Source: Burkholderiaceae bacterium
GTDB lineage: Bacteria > Pseudomonadota > Gammaproteobacteria > Burkholderiales > Burkholderiaceae_B
DNA length: 64,000 nt
Direction of reading: 5' to 3'
NCBI GenBank assembly: GCA_034680345.1
Contig: JAXISZ010000008.1
Coordinates: 5,363-69,362 of the forward strand
The position numbers were made by a program, and so were the translations under genes. Shown here one piece after another: positions 19,369-30,941 of this stretch. Under the pieces are notes generated by a model, which saw only the letters and a list, made by a program, of their open reading frames with translations, ran no database searches and was not told the DNA's origin. Within the stretch, counting starts at the first letter, position 1, and every line of letters begins with the position of its first letter.

Positions 19369-20280
19369 TTATTGAATAGACCCAATTGTTTGCCTGACTG
19401 AGGCCCATGCACCACCCATGACTAAGGTTATCCAAGCAATTAAGCCAACCAGTGTCCAATGTTGTGGGGGAGGGCTGAATTGAAATTGGCTGTCAAACTC
19501 TCGGATATAACTACCAACGTTTTGGTCTGCGCTGTTCATGGCAAATATCACACCAAGATAAGCCAATAAATAAGCAAAGACAGCCAAAGAAAAAGACCAC
19601 CACAGTGTTGGTCTGCTTACTTCAGCGTTTGTAGCTCCCAGAGATTTGAGTACTTTAATGTCCTGCTTTTGTCCCACTAGTTGCAAGCGTACGGTGTTGA
19701 AGGTAACAATAACAACAAGCACACTAACCAATGCACCAATTCCGATTGCAAGCAGCTGTAAACCATTCAGCAAGGTGCGTAAGCGGCCAATCCAGGCGCT
19801 GTCGAATTGAACATGTTCTACACCGTCAAGTTTCTTCCAAGACTGAATCCATTGATTGGTTTGGGTGTCGTCATTTTGTAGCGATAAACGAAAGCGAACA
19901 ACCAAAGTGTAGGGTAACGGGTTTTCTGGAAGGGCGTCGGCAAGGTCTGGGGAACGGCTTTGGGCCTTTAAGATAACAAGCGCAGTATTAGGTTCGATGA
20001 CTTCAACGCCACTGATTCCTTTTATTTCAGAGATGTGTTGTTTTGCTCTTTCTACGGTAGATAAGCTGGCGCGTGGTTTGAAGAATACGCTGATTTCGGG
20101 GTCGCCCATTGCGCGGTCCATGGTGGGAAACATATTTGATAATCCTTGAATTAAACACCAAGGCAATAGCAAGGCAATACTTAATACCAATGCACTAAAT
20201 AGATGTCCCATGGGTTCATGCACCCACGCCTTTAGGCCAGTTTGCATAGCAAACCATTGAATACGTAGCCATTTTCTCAT
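19369..20280 (-). CDS. ftsX: cell-division ABC transporter permease FtsX
   Basis: It has 4 TM helices and lies downstream of and overlapping ftsE, in the ftsYEX order. Confidence 0.85.
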   Translation of the reverse strand: MRKWLRIQWFAMQTGLKAWVHEPMGHLFSALVLSIALLLPWCLIQGLSNMFPTMDRAMGDPEISVFFKPRASLSTVERAKQHISEIKGISGVEVIEPNTALVILKAQSRSPDLADALPENPLPYTLVVRFRLSLQNDDTQTNQWIQSWKKLDGVEHVQFDSAWIGRLRTLLNGLQLLAIGIGALVSVLVVIVTFNTVRLQLVGQKQDIKVLKSLGATNAEVSRPTLWWSFSLAVFAYLLAYLGVIFAMNSADQNVGSYIREFDSQFQFSPPPQHWTLVGLIAWITLVMGGAWASVRQTIGSIQ

Positions 20281-20948
20281 AGATGTGCTCCCTTATTCGA
20301 GGTTTGTTCTAAGCAACCATGACGCATTTGAATGCGTTGATGATGGCCTAGAAAGCGTTCGGGGTCGTGCGTGGCGACAACAATCGTTACTTTGGCCTGG
20401 TTAAATTCCTTGAATAACTGAGCGATGGTTTCAGCAGCATGTAGGTCCAGTTGTGCGGTGGGTTCGTCAGCAATCAGTAATGCTGGACGATGAGCAATCG
20501 CTCTGGCAATGGCAACGCGTTGTTGTTCGCCTCCTGATAATACATTTGGCAGAAGGTTTGCAACTTTGGGCAGTCCTACGCGATGCAGTGCAGCTTGTAC
20601 TCGACTTTGAATGTCTTGAGCTGGATGTCCAGCAATTTGTAATGGGAGCGCTACATTTTCAGAGCACGTGCGGTTGGGCAGTAAAATAACATCATCGCCA
20701 ATATAACCAATTGAGCGCCGGTAATGCGCTTTTGCTCGCTGAGATAGTTTGGTGATTGATTGTCCGTTGACCAAAATTTTACCCTCGCTGGGTTTTTCAA
20801 ATGAGGCCAGTAGCCGCAGTAATGACGACTTACCTGCGCCTGAGGGGCCTCCTACAACCACATAAGCGTGTTCTGGAATTTGGCAATTAATGTGCTGTAA
20901 TGCCAATGATTTCCCATAGCGTAAACCGATGTTGTGAAATTCAATCAT
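20277..20948 (-). CDS. ftsE: cell-division ATP-binding protein FtsE
   Basis: Walker A GPSGAGKSS, the ABC signature LSGGEQQRVAIARA and Walker B LLIADEPT are all present. Confidence 0.9.
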   Translation of the reverse strand: MIEFHNIGLRYGKSLALQHINCQIPEHAYVVVGGPSGAGKSSLLRLLASFEKPSEGKILVNGQSITKLSQRAKAHYRRSIGYIGDDVILLPNRTCSENVALPLQIAGHPAQDIQSRVQAALHRVGLPKVANLLPNVLSGGEQQRVAIARAIAHRPALLIADEPTAQLDLHAAETIAQLFKEFNQAKVTIVVATHDPERFLGHHQRIQMRHGCLEQTSNKGAHL

Positions 20949-21964
20949 GAGCTTTCTTCCAAGCCAACCAAAGCATTGGCATAGTCGCGGGCATTGAAGG
21001 GACGTAAATCTTCTAGTTTTTCACCAACGCCGATGAAGGCCACCGGAACGCGGTAGGTCATTGCCATGGCGGCTAAAATGCCTCCTTTGGCTGTACCGTC
21101 TAATTTGGTGACAACCAAGGCGGTGATGCCTAAAGCCTCGTGAAATGCTTTCAGTTGCATCAGTGCGTTTTGTCCGTTGGTGGCGTCTAAAACCAAAATA
21201 ATTTCATGCGGTGCATCGGTTTGCGCTTTGTTAATAACGCGTTTAATTTTTTTCAGCTCTTCCATCAAGTGCAGTTGGGTGGGTAAGCGACCGGCAGTGT
21301 CTGCAATTAAAATGTGAGCATTTCTGGCTTTGGCAGCACAAACAGCGTCATAAGCGACAGCGGCTGCGTCATTGCCTTCTTGGGAAATCACAGAAATATT
21401 ATTGCGTTCGCCCCAAATGGTGAGTTGTTCTCGGGCTGCAGCGCGAAAGGTGTCGCCTGCGGCCAAAATAACTTCATAGCCGATGTCACCGTACCAGTGC
21501 GCCAGTTTACCGATGCTGGTGGTTTTTCCAGTGCCGTTGACCCCAACCACCATCATCACCAGAGGGCGAGCACGGTCGATGCCAATAGACTGTTCTAAGG
21601 GCCGCAGTAACTCAAAAATTGCATCGCCTACGGCCTGTTGAACCTCCTCAGACGTTTTCATTCCTTTAATTGCAACTTCGTCGCGAATTTTTTTCATAAT
21701 TGCTTCAGTTGCTGGTAGGCCACAATCGGCCAGCAGTAGGCGATCTTCCAGCTCTTCAAAAAAAGCATCGTCAATATGTTGACCTGAAAAAAGTTGGCTA
21801 AAGGCAGAACGGGTTTTGCTTAAACCCACCTTCAGTCGACCAAGCCAGCTGCTTTTGGGTGTGTTGGATATTGTTGGCGTGACCACTGCTTCAGAGGTTT
21901 GAGCCGGATTTGGGGTTTTATTTTTTAAGAAACCAAACATGGTTTTATGATTGAAGTTAAGCAA
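20945..21964 (-). CDS. ftsY: signal recognition particle receptor FtsY
   Basis: SRP GTPase motifs GVNGTGKTT, DTAGR and TKLDGTAKGG are present. The likely start is MFGFLKNK at 21940. Confidence 0.9.
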   Translation of the reverse strand: MLNFNHKTMFGFLKNKTPNPAQTSEAVVTPTISNTPKSSWLGRLKVGLSKTRSAFSQLFSGQHIDDAFFEELEDRLLLADCGLPATEAIMKKIRDEVAIKGMKTSEEVQQAVGDAIFELLRPLEQSIGIDRARPLVMMVVGVNGTGKTTSIGKLAHWYGDIGYEVILAAGDTFRAAAREQLTIWGERNNISVISQEGNDAAAVAYDAVCAAKARNAHILIADTAGRLPTQLHLMEELKKIKRVINKAQTDAPHEIILVLDATNGQNALMQLKAFHEALGITALVVTKLDGTAKGGILAAMAMTYRVPVAFIGVGEKLEDLRPFNARDYANALVGLEESS

Positions 21965-22200
21965 AAATAGTCAAAAAAGCGCTTGTTCGTTGTTGGTTGG
22001 ACGTATGGTCAAAAAACCACCTCAAAACAGCTCCACAGCTACAGTTTAACACTGACTGGGTTTGGTTTTAAGGATTTTAAGGTTTCTTTGGGAAAGATGG
22101 CACATCAGATCGACTCAATTGATTAAATTGGCATGGTAAAAAAACACCGCATCGTTTAAATTACTCAGTTCTAATTGTTCAACACGTTAGGGGTTGGGTC

Positions 22201-23655
22201 TTGAGTATGAAAAATTTGACAATTTATACAGGTCGATTTCGGCAAATGGTCAGCTGTTTCGGATTGTTTTCAAAAAAAACGAGAATTGGGTTAGTTTTGG
22301 GGTTGTTTATGCAACCGTTGTTTGCGCAATCATTGGCTATGAAGCCGTTGGCTGAGGGTGTTGTGGAGATGCAATTGACCAATGGCATGCGTATTATTGT
22401 AAAAGAGGATCACCGCGCCCCCACAGTGGCGCATATGGTTTGGTATAAGGCTGGTTCTATTGATGAAATCAGTGGCACAACTGGTGTAGCCCACGTTTTA
22501 GAACACATGATGTTTAAAGGTACACGCACACTCAAGCCTGGAGAGTTCTCCAAAAAAGTCGCTGCCCTAGGGGGGCGTGAAAATGCCTTTACCAGTCGCG
22601 ATTATACGGCTTATTTTCAGCAGGTTCAGGCCAAAGATTTGCCTAAAGTAATGGCTTTAGAGGCAGACCGCATGGCCAATTTACAAATTTCTAAAGACGA
22701 ATTTGACAAAGAAATTCGAGTGGTTATTGAAGAGCGCCGTTTACGTACTGAAGATCAGGCGCGTGGCTTGATGTATGAGCATTTAATGAGTAATACTTTT
22801 CAAAGTTCTCCATACCGAACACCTGTGATTGGCTGGATGTCTGATTTACAAACCTTAACCCATTTAGATGCCAAACGTTGGTATGACACATGGTACAGTC
22901 CGTCCAATGCTTTGTTGATTGTTGCGGGTGATGTGCAGCCTGCTCAGGTGTATCAATGGGCACAACAAACCTATGGCCGCCATAAAGCCAGACAATTGCC
23001 GCCTCGAAAATTGCAGGCCGAGCCATTGGCTCGTGGGGTGAAGCGTTTTGTTTTAAAGGCCCCGGCAGAAAATCCTTATCTAATTATTGCATTTCATGCA
23101 CCGAAATTAGAAAATTTGCAGGCTGATGTTGATCCTTATGCGCTTGAGGTGTTGAGCGCTGTTTTAGCGGGTTACGATGGTGCTCGGTTTACACGTTTTT
23201 TGGTCAATCAACGCCGTGTGGCTGACCAAGCCAGTGCCGGTTACGAGTTAATGGGGCGGGGGCCGTCGTTGTTTTTGTTGGATGCAACCCCTGCTCAGGG
23301 GCAAACTGTGGAGTCTTTGGAACATGCTTTACTGGAGGAGATTCGTCAGATTGCCGAACATGGTGTTAAAGACGCAGAATTGGACCGCGTTAAGACTAAT
23401 TTGTTGGCTAGCCAAGTGTATAAATTAGATTCCGTTTTTGGTCAGGCCATGGAAATCGCGGCTTATGAAATGTCTGGTTTTTCTTATGCACAAGCCGCAG
23501 AAGTTCAATCGCGTTTGAAGGCGGTGAGTTCTGATCAAATTAAAGCGGTTGCGGCCAAGTATTTTGCTGAGGATAACATGACTGTTGGTCGTTTAATGCC
23601 TTTACCAGTGCAAAAAAAATTGAATCATTCTCATGTAAACGCTGGGCGCCATTAA
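22201..23655 (+). CDS. M16 (pitrilysin-family) zinc peptidase, catalytic subunit
   Basis: It has the HxxEH motif in GVAHVLEHMMFKGT and a signal-like N-terminus. The start is probably the ATG at 22207. Confidence 0.8.
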   Translation: MSMKNLTIYTGRFRQMVSCFGLFSKKTRIGLVLGLFMQPLFAQSLAMKPLAEGVVEMQLTNGMRIIVKEDHRAPTVAHMVWYKAGSIDEISGTTGVAHVLEHMMFKGTRTLKPGEFSKKVAALGGRENAFTSRDYTAYFQQVQAKDLPKVMALEADRMANLQISKDEFDKEIRVVIEERRLRTEDQARGLMYEHLMSNTFQSSPYRTPVIGWMSDLQTLTHLDAKRWYDTWYSPSNALLIVAGDVQPAQVYQWAQQTYGRHKARQLPPRKLQAEPLARGVKRFVLKAPAENPYLIIAFHAPKLENLQADVDPYALEVLSAVLAGYDGARFTRFLVNQRRVADQASAGYELMGRGPSLFLLDATPAQGQTVESLEHALLEEIRQIAEHGVKDAELDRVKTNLLASQVYKLDSVFGQAMEIAAYEMSGFSYAQAAEVQSRLKAVSSDQIKAVAAKYFAEDNMTVGRLMPLPVQKKLNHSHVNAGRH

Positions 23656-23662
23656 TAGAAAG

Positions 23663-25015
23663 TTGAGGACATTTTTTATGTATATTCAAAATTGCATCAT
23701 TGTCCGTGTTTTGCGGTTTTTTTTATCAAATGCGTTGTGTTTTGTTGCGGTCTCAACGTTTCCAGGTTTGGCATGCGCTACCTTACCCATTGAAAGTTGG
23801 CGCACAGAAAATGGCGCACGTGTGATGTTTATGCATGCTACGGCCATACCTATGGTGGATGTTCAAATTGATTTTGATGCAGGTGCTAGACGCGACCCAG
23901 AAGCCTTGGCAGGGCTGGCAGGACTGACGCGCAGCATGATGGAAAAAGGTGCCGCTGGTTTAAAAGAAAGCGAATTGGAAGACGCCTTGGCTGATGTTGG
24001 CGCCCAGCTGGGGGGTGGCGTTGGTTTGGATCGCGCCGGCTTTGCTTTGCGTAGTTTAAACAGTGCTAAAGAACTTGAACAGGCGGTGCAAACTTTGTTG
24101 AACATGTTGCAACGCCCAGATTTTCCTGCCGATGTGTTAGAACGAGAGCAGGCGCGCACAGTTTCTAGTTTATTGGAAGCCAATACCAAACCGGAGTTTA
24201 TTGCTAAAAAAACCTTTATGGCTTTAATGTACGGTTCACATCCTTATGGTTACACAGCCACTGCAGACTCGGTAATGCGTATTAAGCCAGATGACTTACA
24301 GCGTTTTTATCAAACGCATTACCGCGCTGATGGTGCAGTGGTTTCAATTGTTGGGGCGATTGATCGCCAACAGGCGCAGGTTTTGGCACAGCGTTTGACG
24401 CAGAATTTACCCAATACATTTAAGCCTGAGCAATTAATGTCTGTTAAGTTGCCTGTTGCGGTTGAAAAACGTATTGCTCATCCGTCTAGCCAAAGTCATG
24501 TGTTGGTTGGTTTGCCTGCCATTAAACGCAATGATCCCGATTTTTTCCCTTTGGTTGTGGGCAACTATATTTTAGGTGGCGGTGGTTTTGTATCACGGAT
24601 AATGACTGAGGTGCGTGAAAAGCGAGGTTTGGCTTATAGCGCTTACGCGTACTTTTCACCGATGATTGATGCTGGCCCTTTTGAGATGGGGCTGCAAACA
24701 CAAAAGAGTCAAACCAATTTGGCCTTGCAGGTGTTGCGTGATACCTTGAATACTTTTTTACGAGATGGCCCAAGCACTCAAGAGCTAAAAGCAGCCAAAG
24801 ACAACTTAGTGGGTGGATTTCCGCTGCGCTTGGACAGCAATAAAAAATTATTAGATCAAATATCCACCATTGCTTACTATAACTTGCCTGACAATTATTT
24901 AGAAACTTGGACCCGTCAGGTACAAGCCGTTAGTGCGGAGCAAATTCGCGATGCTTTTGCGCGGCGTATTTTGCCAGCGCACTTAACCACTGTGGTTGTT
25001 GGTGAGGGATTGTAG
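23663..25015 (+). CDS. M16-family peptidase-like protein (no HxxEH motif; non-catalytic partner)
   Basis: It has M16 domain architecture and is paired with the upstream M16 gene. The zinc motif is absent. Confidence 0.7.
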   Translation: MRTFFMYIQNCIIVRVLRFFLSNALCFVAVSTFPGLACATLPIESWRTENGARVMFMHATAIPMVDVQIDFDAGARRDPEALAGLAGLTRSMMEKGAAGLKESELEDALADVGAQLGGGVGLDRAGFALRSLNSAKELEQAVQTLLNMLQRPDFPADVLEREQARTVSSLLEANTKPEFIAKKTFMALMYGSHPYGYTATADSVMRIKPDDLQRFYQTHYRADGAVVSIVGAIDRQQAQVLAQRLTQNLPNTFKPEQLMSVKLPVAVEKRIAHPSSQSHVLVGLPAIKRNDPDFFPLVVGNYILGGGGFVSRIMTEVREKRGLAYSAYAYFSPMIDAGPFEMGLQTQKSQTNLALQVLRDTLNTFLRDGPSTQELKAAKDNLVGGFPLRLDSNKKLLDQISTIAYYNLPDNYLETWTRQVQAVSAEQIRDAFARRILPAHLTTVVVGEGL

Positions 25016-25614
25016 TGGGTCAATTGCGCATTATTGGCGGTGAATTTCGGCGGGCTTTGTTACCTGTGGTTCCTGTGGTTGGCTTGCGTCCTACACCAGA
25101 TCGAGTGCGGGAAACCTTGTTTAATTGGCTTGGACAAACTCTACCGCCTATTGCTGTTTTAGATGCCTTTGCAGGCACGGGTGCGTTAGGTTTTGAGGCG
25201 GTTTCGCGTGGTGCTGCACATTTAGATTCTTATGAATTAGATCCTGTTTTATTCAAAAATTTACAGCGAAGTTGGCAGGTGTTGCAAACCCGCACAGAGC
25301 GTCAAATTACTGTGAATATTCGTGGGCACAATGTGTTTGATGCATTAATCACCATGCAACGAAAAGGCGTTTTTTATTATGATTTGATCTTGTTGGATCC
25401 TCCTTTTGCCACAGACCATTTATTGCGTATATTGCCATTGACTGCTTCATTGTTAGCACCAGATGGTTTAATTTACATAGAATGGCATGTTTCATGCGAG
25501 CAAGCCCCCGCCGTGGTTAAATGTTTGGCATCTTTGAACTTAGAGGTGGTTCGAGCGCAGCGGGCTGGGCAGGTTTACTATCATTTGGTGCGTTTTTCTA
25601 AGCTTTTGTCTTGA
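25015..25614 (+). CDS. rsmD: 16S rRNA (guanine966-N2)-methyltransferase
   Basis: Motifs LRPTPDRVRETLFNWL, LDAFAGTGALGFEAVSRGA and the DPPF motif are present. Confidence 0.85.
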   Translation: MGQLRIIGGEFRRALLPVVPVVGLRPTPDRVRETLFNWLGQTLPPIAVLDAFAGTGALGFEAVSRGAAHLDSYELDPVLFKNLQRSWQVLQTRTERQITVNIRGHNVFDALITMQRKGVFYYDLILLDPPFATDHLLRILPLTASLLAPDGLIYIEWHVSCEQAPAVVKCLASLNLEVVRAQRAGQVYYHLVRFSKLLS

Positions 25615-25644
25615 CGCCATAAGTTATTGCAGATTGTTGTATGA

Positions 25645-26478
<834 letters not shown>

Positions 26479-26695
26479 AAAAGTTTAATTCGATGGTTAT
26501 AAAACGATTGGTTTTTGGTTGACGTTTTGACTTCTCTTGGATGCTATTTTAGGTTGGTTTAAGTTCGCAAAAACAGCTACGCTAAGCAAGTCTTATAAAC
26601 CAATTGTAGTTAGGTTGGTAGTGCTTGTGTGCTTGATTAGGCCATCATTTTTATTTGTTTATGTTCCATATAAAAATCGCTTGATTATTTTTATT

Positions 26696-27841
26696 TCATA
26701 ATTGCCGTGACCGATCAATGCTTGTCAAAATCTTGCTAATTGCCCATGGGTCGGGGTTAACATTTCGTGAAAAAACCATGACTTTAAATAATTCGCCCAT
26801 TTCAGCAGGACTTAATAATGTGTTCAAATTTTGGTTGGTTTTGATCATTTCTAGGTTGTTGTAATGTTGCGATTTGGAAAAATCTAAAATACCGTGTGCT
26901 AATAAAAAAGCCGCTTGGCTGGTGTAACCCAATAATTCTCCACCAGCTTGGTGCATGGCTTCATAGATGGCTGAAAAGTTCACATGAGCGGTTAGGTCTT
27001 GTTGGCCAATATGGGCCAGTACGTTGCTGTGCATTTGGTGTCTTTGGTGTGCTACCAGCGTACCTGTGTTGCGTTGCGGATGGTAAAACTCGCTAGCACC
27101 AAAACCGTAGTCAATAAATATAGCAATGCCATGCAGTTTTTCTGTTATTGTTTTTATAAATCCGCAAGCTTGTTCGTGCCATTCAGACACGTAGTTTTCT
27201 GGCCAGGGGCCATGCTGATCGTGCAGCGTTGTTATTGCTTGTTGTAGTTCAGTGGAGGTGGGTATGTCTTCAAAGCATAAGGTTTGGGGGGTAAGCCCCT
27301 CGCTGATGTTTTGGTTAAGTTTTACATGGCGTTCGTAAAACTGTTGTCCTGCTTTACGAAACAAGCGCACGGGCATGGCGTCTAGCACCTCGTTACCCAA
27401 AACCACACCTGTGAGGGTTTCGGGTAATTGTGTTTCCCATGTTACCATGGTTTGAATATCCACACCGTGTGCTTGTAATTCTTCTGCTTGGCGGGTTTTT
27501 AATCTGCCAGAGAGTTCTATAATGTGGTATTTTTTTAATTTTAAACCTAGGGTTTTAATGAGTTGTGCCGCTAGTTTTCCTTGCCCTGCGCCAAATTCCC
27601 AAAGGTGTCCGCCGCAATAGTCTAAAACTTCAGCAATTGATTGCGCAAGGGTTTGCCCAAACAGGGGACTGATTTCCGGGGCTGTAATAAAGTCGCCAGT
27701 GGCACCAAAAATACGTTCGCCTTGGCTGTAGTAGCCGTATTCTGGGTGGTATAGTGCCAGGCCCATGAAGTGGTCAAAACGTAAAATGCGTTGGTTTTTT
27801 TCAATAATGGCTTCAATCCAATGGCGGGGTATTGTGTTCAT
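26696..27841 (-). CDS. SAM-dependent methyltransferase, MidA/NDUFAF7 (DUF185) family
   Basis: GDFITAPEISPLFG and EFGAGQGKLA motifs are typical of the family. Confidence 0.75.
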   Translation of the reverse strand: MNTIPRHWIEAIIEKNQRILRFDHFMGLALYHPEYGYYSQGERIFGATGDFITAPEISPLFGQTLAQSIAEVLDYCGGHLWEFGAGQGKLAAQLIKTLGLKLKKYHIIELSGRLKTRQAEELQAHGVDIQTMVTWETQLPETLTGVVLGNEVLDAMPVRLFRKAGQQFYERHVKLNQNISEGLTPQTLCFEDIPTSTELQQAITTLHDQHGPWPENYVSEWHEQACGFIKTITEKLHGIAIFIDYGFGASEFYHPQRNTGTLVAHQRHQMHSNVLAHIGQQDLTAHVNFSAIYEAMHQAGGELLGYTSQAAFLLAHGILDFSKSQHYNNLEMIKTNQNLNTLLSPAEMGELFKVMVFSRNVNPDPWAISKILTSIDRSRQL

Positions 27842-27900
27842 GGTTGTGAGCTGAGTTAAAATAATTTGTCAATCAACTTTGAGTACGTGGTCTGTGTGTT

Positions 27901-28791
27901 ATGGAGCAAGTTATTGTTTTTTCACCCCCTGCTGTAACGCATCGTCAGGTGCATAAATCCGCTTTCGAGTCTAACAAACTGGAAAAGCGCTTGTGCCGTT
28001 TGGTGGGGCAGGCCATTGCTGACTTTAACATGATTGAGGCGGGCGATAAGGTGATGGTGTGCCTCTCTGGTGGTAAAGACAGTTATGGGTTATTGGATGT
28101 TTTATTATTATTACAGCAACGCGCACCTATTGATTTTACTTTAATTGCAGTCAATTTAGATCAAAAGCAACCAGGCTTTCCGCAAGAGGTTTTACCCAAT
28201 TATTTGCATCAACGGGGCGTTGCTTTTCACATTGAAGAGCAAGACACTTACTCAATTGTTAAACGTTTGGTGCCCGAGGGCAAGACCACTTGTTCTTTGT
28301 GTTCAAGGCTGCGTCGTGGTATTTTGTATCGAGTAGCTGGCGAATTGGGTGCCACTAAAATTGCGTTGGGGCATCACATGGACGATATTTTGCATACTTT
28401 GATGCTTAATATGTTCTATGGTGGACGTTTAAAAGGTATGCCCCCTAAACTGGTATCAGATGATGGCAAAAACATTGTCATTCGTCCTTTGGCTTATGTT
28501 CGAGAACGTGATCTAGAGCGTTATGCACAACAACAGCAATTCCCAATTATTCCGTGCAATTTATGCGGTAGCCAAGAAAATTTAAAGCGCAAAGAAATGA
28601 AGGCGCTTTTAACACAATGGGAAAAGCATAATCCGCGTTGGGTGGCCAATATGTTTACGGCCATGGCTAATGTGGCGCCTTCGCATTTGATGGATCGAAG
28701 TATTTTCCCGTTTGCATCTTTAAAAACTGGTTCCAGCTTTGTTGGGGAGGGTGATGTGGCCTTCGACCCTGAACCTTGTGCGCCAGATTGA
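27901..28791 (+). CDS. ttcA: tRNA 2-thiocytidine(32) synthetase
   Basis: It has the PP-loop CLSGGKDS, and the [10 protein letters not shown] and CNLCGSQ cysteine motifs. Confidence 0.9.
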   Translation: MEQVIVFSPPAVTHRQVHKSAFESNKLEKRLCRLVGQAIADFNMIEAGDKVMVCLSGGKDSYGLLDVLLLLQQRAPIDFTLIAVNLDQKQPGFPQEVLPNYLHQRGVAFHIEEQDTYSIVKRLVPEGKTTCSLCSRLRRGILYRVAGELGATKIALGHHMDDILHTLMLNMFYGGRLKGMPPKLVSDDGKNIVIRPLAYVRERDLERYAQQQQFPIIPCNLCGSQENLKRKEMKALLTQWEKHNPRWVANMFTAMANVAPSHLMDRSIFPFASLKTGSSFVGEGDVAFDPEPCAPD

Positions 28792-28801
28792 GTTTTAAAA
28801 G

Positions 28802-30334
28802 TTAAGCTAGAAAAAGGCGGTATACTGGATTATCTGTTTCGTCGCTGTGGGAATATCCCATCGATTCAATAAATGTTTTTAAAGCTTTTTTGTGGGAACG
28901 TTGGTCGCCTTCTGGCATTTGTACCCCAACCAGGATATTGCCGTGGTCTGACCCGTGGTTGCGGTAATGAAATAAACTGATGTTCCAACTTGGGTTCATT
29001 TGTGTTAAAAATTTCATGAGAGCGCCAGGACGTTCAGGAAACTCAAATTGAATAATGCGTTCGTTTTGCGCGAGTGCGGAGCGTCCTCCTACCATGTGTC
29101 GAATATGTAGTTTTGCTAATTCGTCGTCGCTGAGGTCTAGGGTTTTGAAGCCCAGCGCGTTAAAGTGTTCGGCAATGGCTTGGCCTTCTGCACGGTTTTT
29201 TATTTGAATACCAACAAACAAGTGCGCGTTTTTTTGGTCTGAAATGCGATAATTAAACTCGGTCACTGCACGCGGACCTAAGGCATTGCAAAAACGTCGA
29301 AAGCTGCCACGTTCTTCAGGCACTGTAATAGCAAAGACAGCTTCGCGTTGTTCGCCAACTTCGGAGCGCTCAGTGACAAAACGCAACCGGTCAAAGTTCA
29401 TATTGGCGCCACAAGCAATCGCAATTAAACTGCCATGCTCTTTCATATGTTCAGAGCAATAGCGCTTTGCACCGGCCAGTGCTAGGGCACCAGCAGGTTC
29501 TAAAATGCTGCGGGTGTCTTGAAACACGTCTTTGATAGCAGCGCAAACCTCGTCGGTGTTCACCAAAATCACATCGTCTACATAAGATTTGCACAGCCTA
29601 AAGGTTTCTTTACCTACCACTTTGACAGCGGTCCCATCAGAGAACAGGCCGACGTCTTGTATTTGTACCCGTCGGCCGCTTTTGAGGCTGCGGGCCATTG
29701 CATCGGAATCAATTGTTTGCACGCCAATTACTTTAACTTCAGGGCGCACTTGTTTAACATATGTTGCGACCCCCGCAGCTAAGCCCCCACCACCTATAGC
29801 AACAAAAATGGCTTCAATTGGCTGTGGGTGTTGTCGTAAAATTTCCATACCTACTGTGCCTTGGCCAGCGATGACATCGGGGTCATCAAAGGGGTGGACA
29901 AAGGTTAGGCTGTGTTCTTGTTCTAGGCGGCTGGCGTATTCTGCTGCGTCGCTATAGCTTTCACCGTGCAGCACAATTTCAACCCAATTGCCTCCAAAGT
30001 GCTTTACAGCATCAATTTTGACTTGGGGTGTGGTGGTGGGCATGACAATCGTGGCTTTAACTCCTAAACGCTGAGCCCCTACAGCAACCCCTTGCGCATG
30101 GTTGCCCGCTGAGGCTGCAACTACGCCACGTAGACGTTGTTCATTGCTTAAATGCGCCATTTTGTTGTAGGCGCCTCGCAATTTAAAACTGAAAACAGGT
30201 TGTAAGTCTTCGCGTTTTAGGTAAATTGTTCTGTTTAAGCGTTGGCTTAAGTGCGATGCTTTTTCCAGTGGAGACTCGATAGCAACATCGTACACTTTGG
30301 CATTTAAAATGCGTTTAAGATAATCCAGACCCAC
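28802..30334 (-). CDS. ilvA: biosynthetic threonine ammonia-lyase
   Basis: It has the PLP site FSFKLRGAY, the SAGNHAQG motif and two C-terminal ACT-like regulatory repeats. Confidence 0.9.
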   Translation of the reverse strand: MGLDYLKRILNAKVYDVAIESPLEKASHLSQRLNRTIYLKREDLQPVFSFKLRGAYNKMAHLSNEQRLRGVVAASAGNHAQGVAVGAQRLGVKATIVMPTTTPQVKIDAVKHFGGNWVEIVLHGESYSDAAEYASRLEQEHSLTFVHPFDDPDVIAGQGTVGMEILRQHPQPIEAIFVAIGGGGLAAGVATYVKQVRPEVKVIGVQTIDSDAMARSLKSGRRVQIQDVGLFSDGTAVKVVGKETFRLCKSYVDDVILVNTDEVCAAIKDVFQDTRSILEPAGALALAGAKRYCSEHMKEHGSLIAIACGANMNFDRLRFVTERSEVGEQREAVFAITVPEERGSFRRFCNALGPRAVTEFNYRISDQKNAHLFVGIQIKNRAEGQAIAEHFNALGFKTLDLSDDELAKLHIRHMVGGRSALAQNERIIQFEFPERPGALMKFLTQMNPSWNISLFHYRNHGSDHGNILVGVQMPEGDQRSHKKALKTFIESMGYSHSDETDNPVYRLFLA

Positions 30335-30417
30335 AAATTAATCCTTAATAAGCAAAATGCGTTAGCATTGGCTGGTTTTTAACAGGGTGAGCCATTGCTG
30401 AATAGCGCATCATTTCT

Positions 30418-30891
30418 ATGGTTGATTGGTTTTACACTTGGGTTTACACATTTGGGTCGGCATTGACCACAGCCTTGCCATTGTCTCAGAACATGGCATT
30501 GTGCACTGTGTTTATTGTAGCGTTTGTAGCCGCTTCGGTGTTGTCTTTACCCTCGGAAGTGGTATTGCTGTATTGGGTTGCGCAATACCCAGATGCTTGG
30601 CGGTTGTTTTTGTTTGTAGCTATTGTGGGTAATGTGTTGGGTGCTTTAAGTACTTTTGCTTTGGGTTGGTGGTTAAGTGCTCGCCGCTCTATAATTTTAA
30701 AGGACAAGGTGCGTCGAATTTTAAGCCGGTGGGGGGCATTTGCATTGTTACTCTCCCCAATACCTTTGCTGGGTGATGCGTTGGTTTTTACGGCTGGGTA
30801 TCTGCGTTTTTCTGTGGTTTTAAGTGCTTTATTAATCACATTGGGCAAAACTTTGCGCTACTGTGTTTTAATTGTTGCATGGTTGCACTGA
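30418..30891 (+). CDS. YqaA/DedA-related (VTT domain) membrane protein
   Basis: The 157-aa product has 4 TM helices and a PLLGDALVFTAGYLR motif like the YqaA family. Confidence 0.55.
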   Translation: MVDWFYTWVYTFGSALTTALPLSQNMALCTVFIVAFVAASVLSLPSEVVLLYWVAQYPDAWRLFLFVAIVGNVLGALSTFALGWWLSARRSIILKDKVRRILSRWGAFALLLSPIPLLGDALVFTAGYLRFSVVLSALLITLGKTLRYCVLIVAWLH

Positions 30892-30941
30892 GTTTACGGC
30901 ATAATTCAATTGTAAAATAATTTGATTTTGGAGTACTGAGC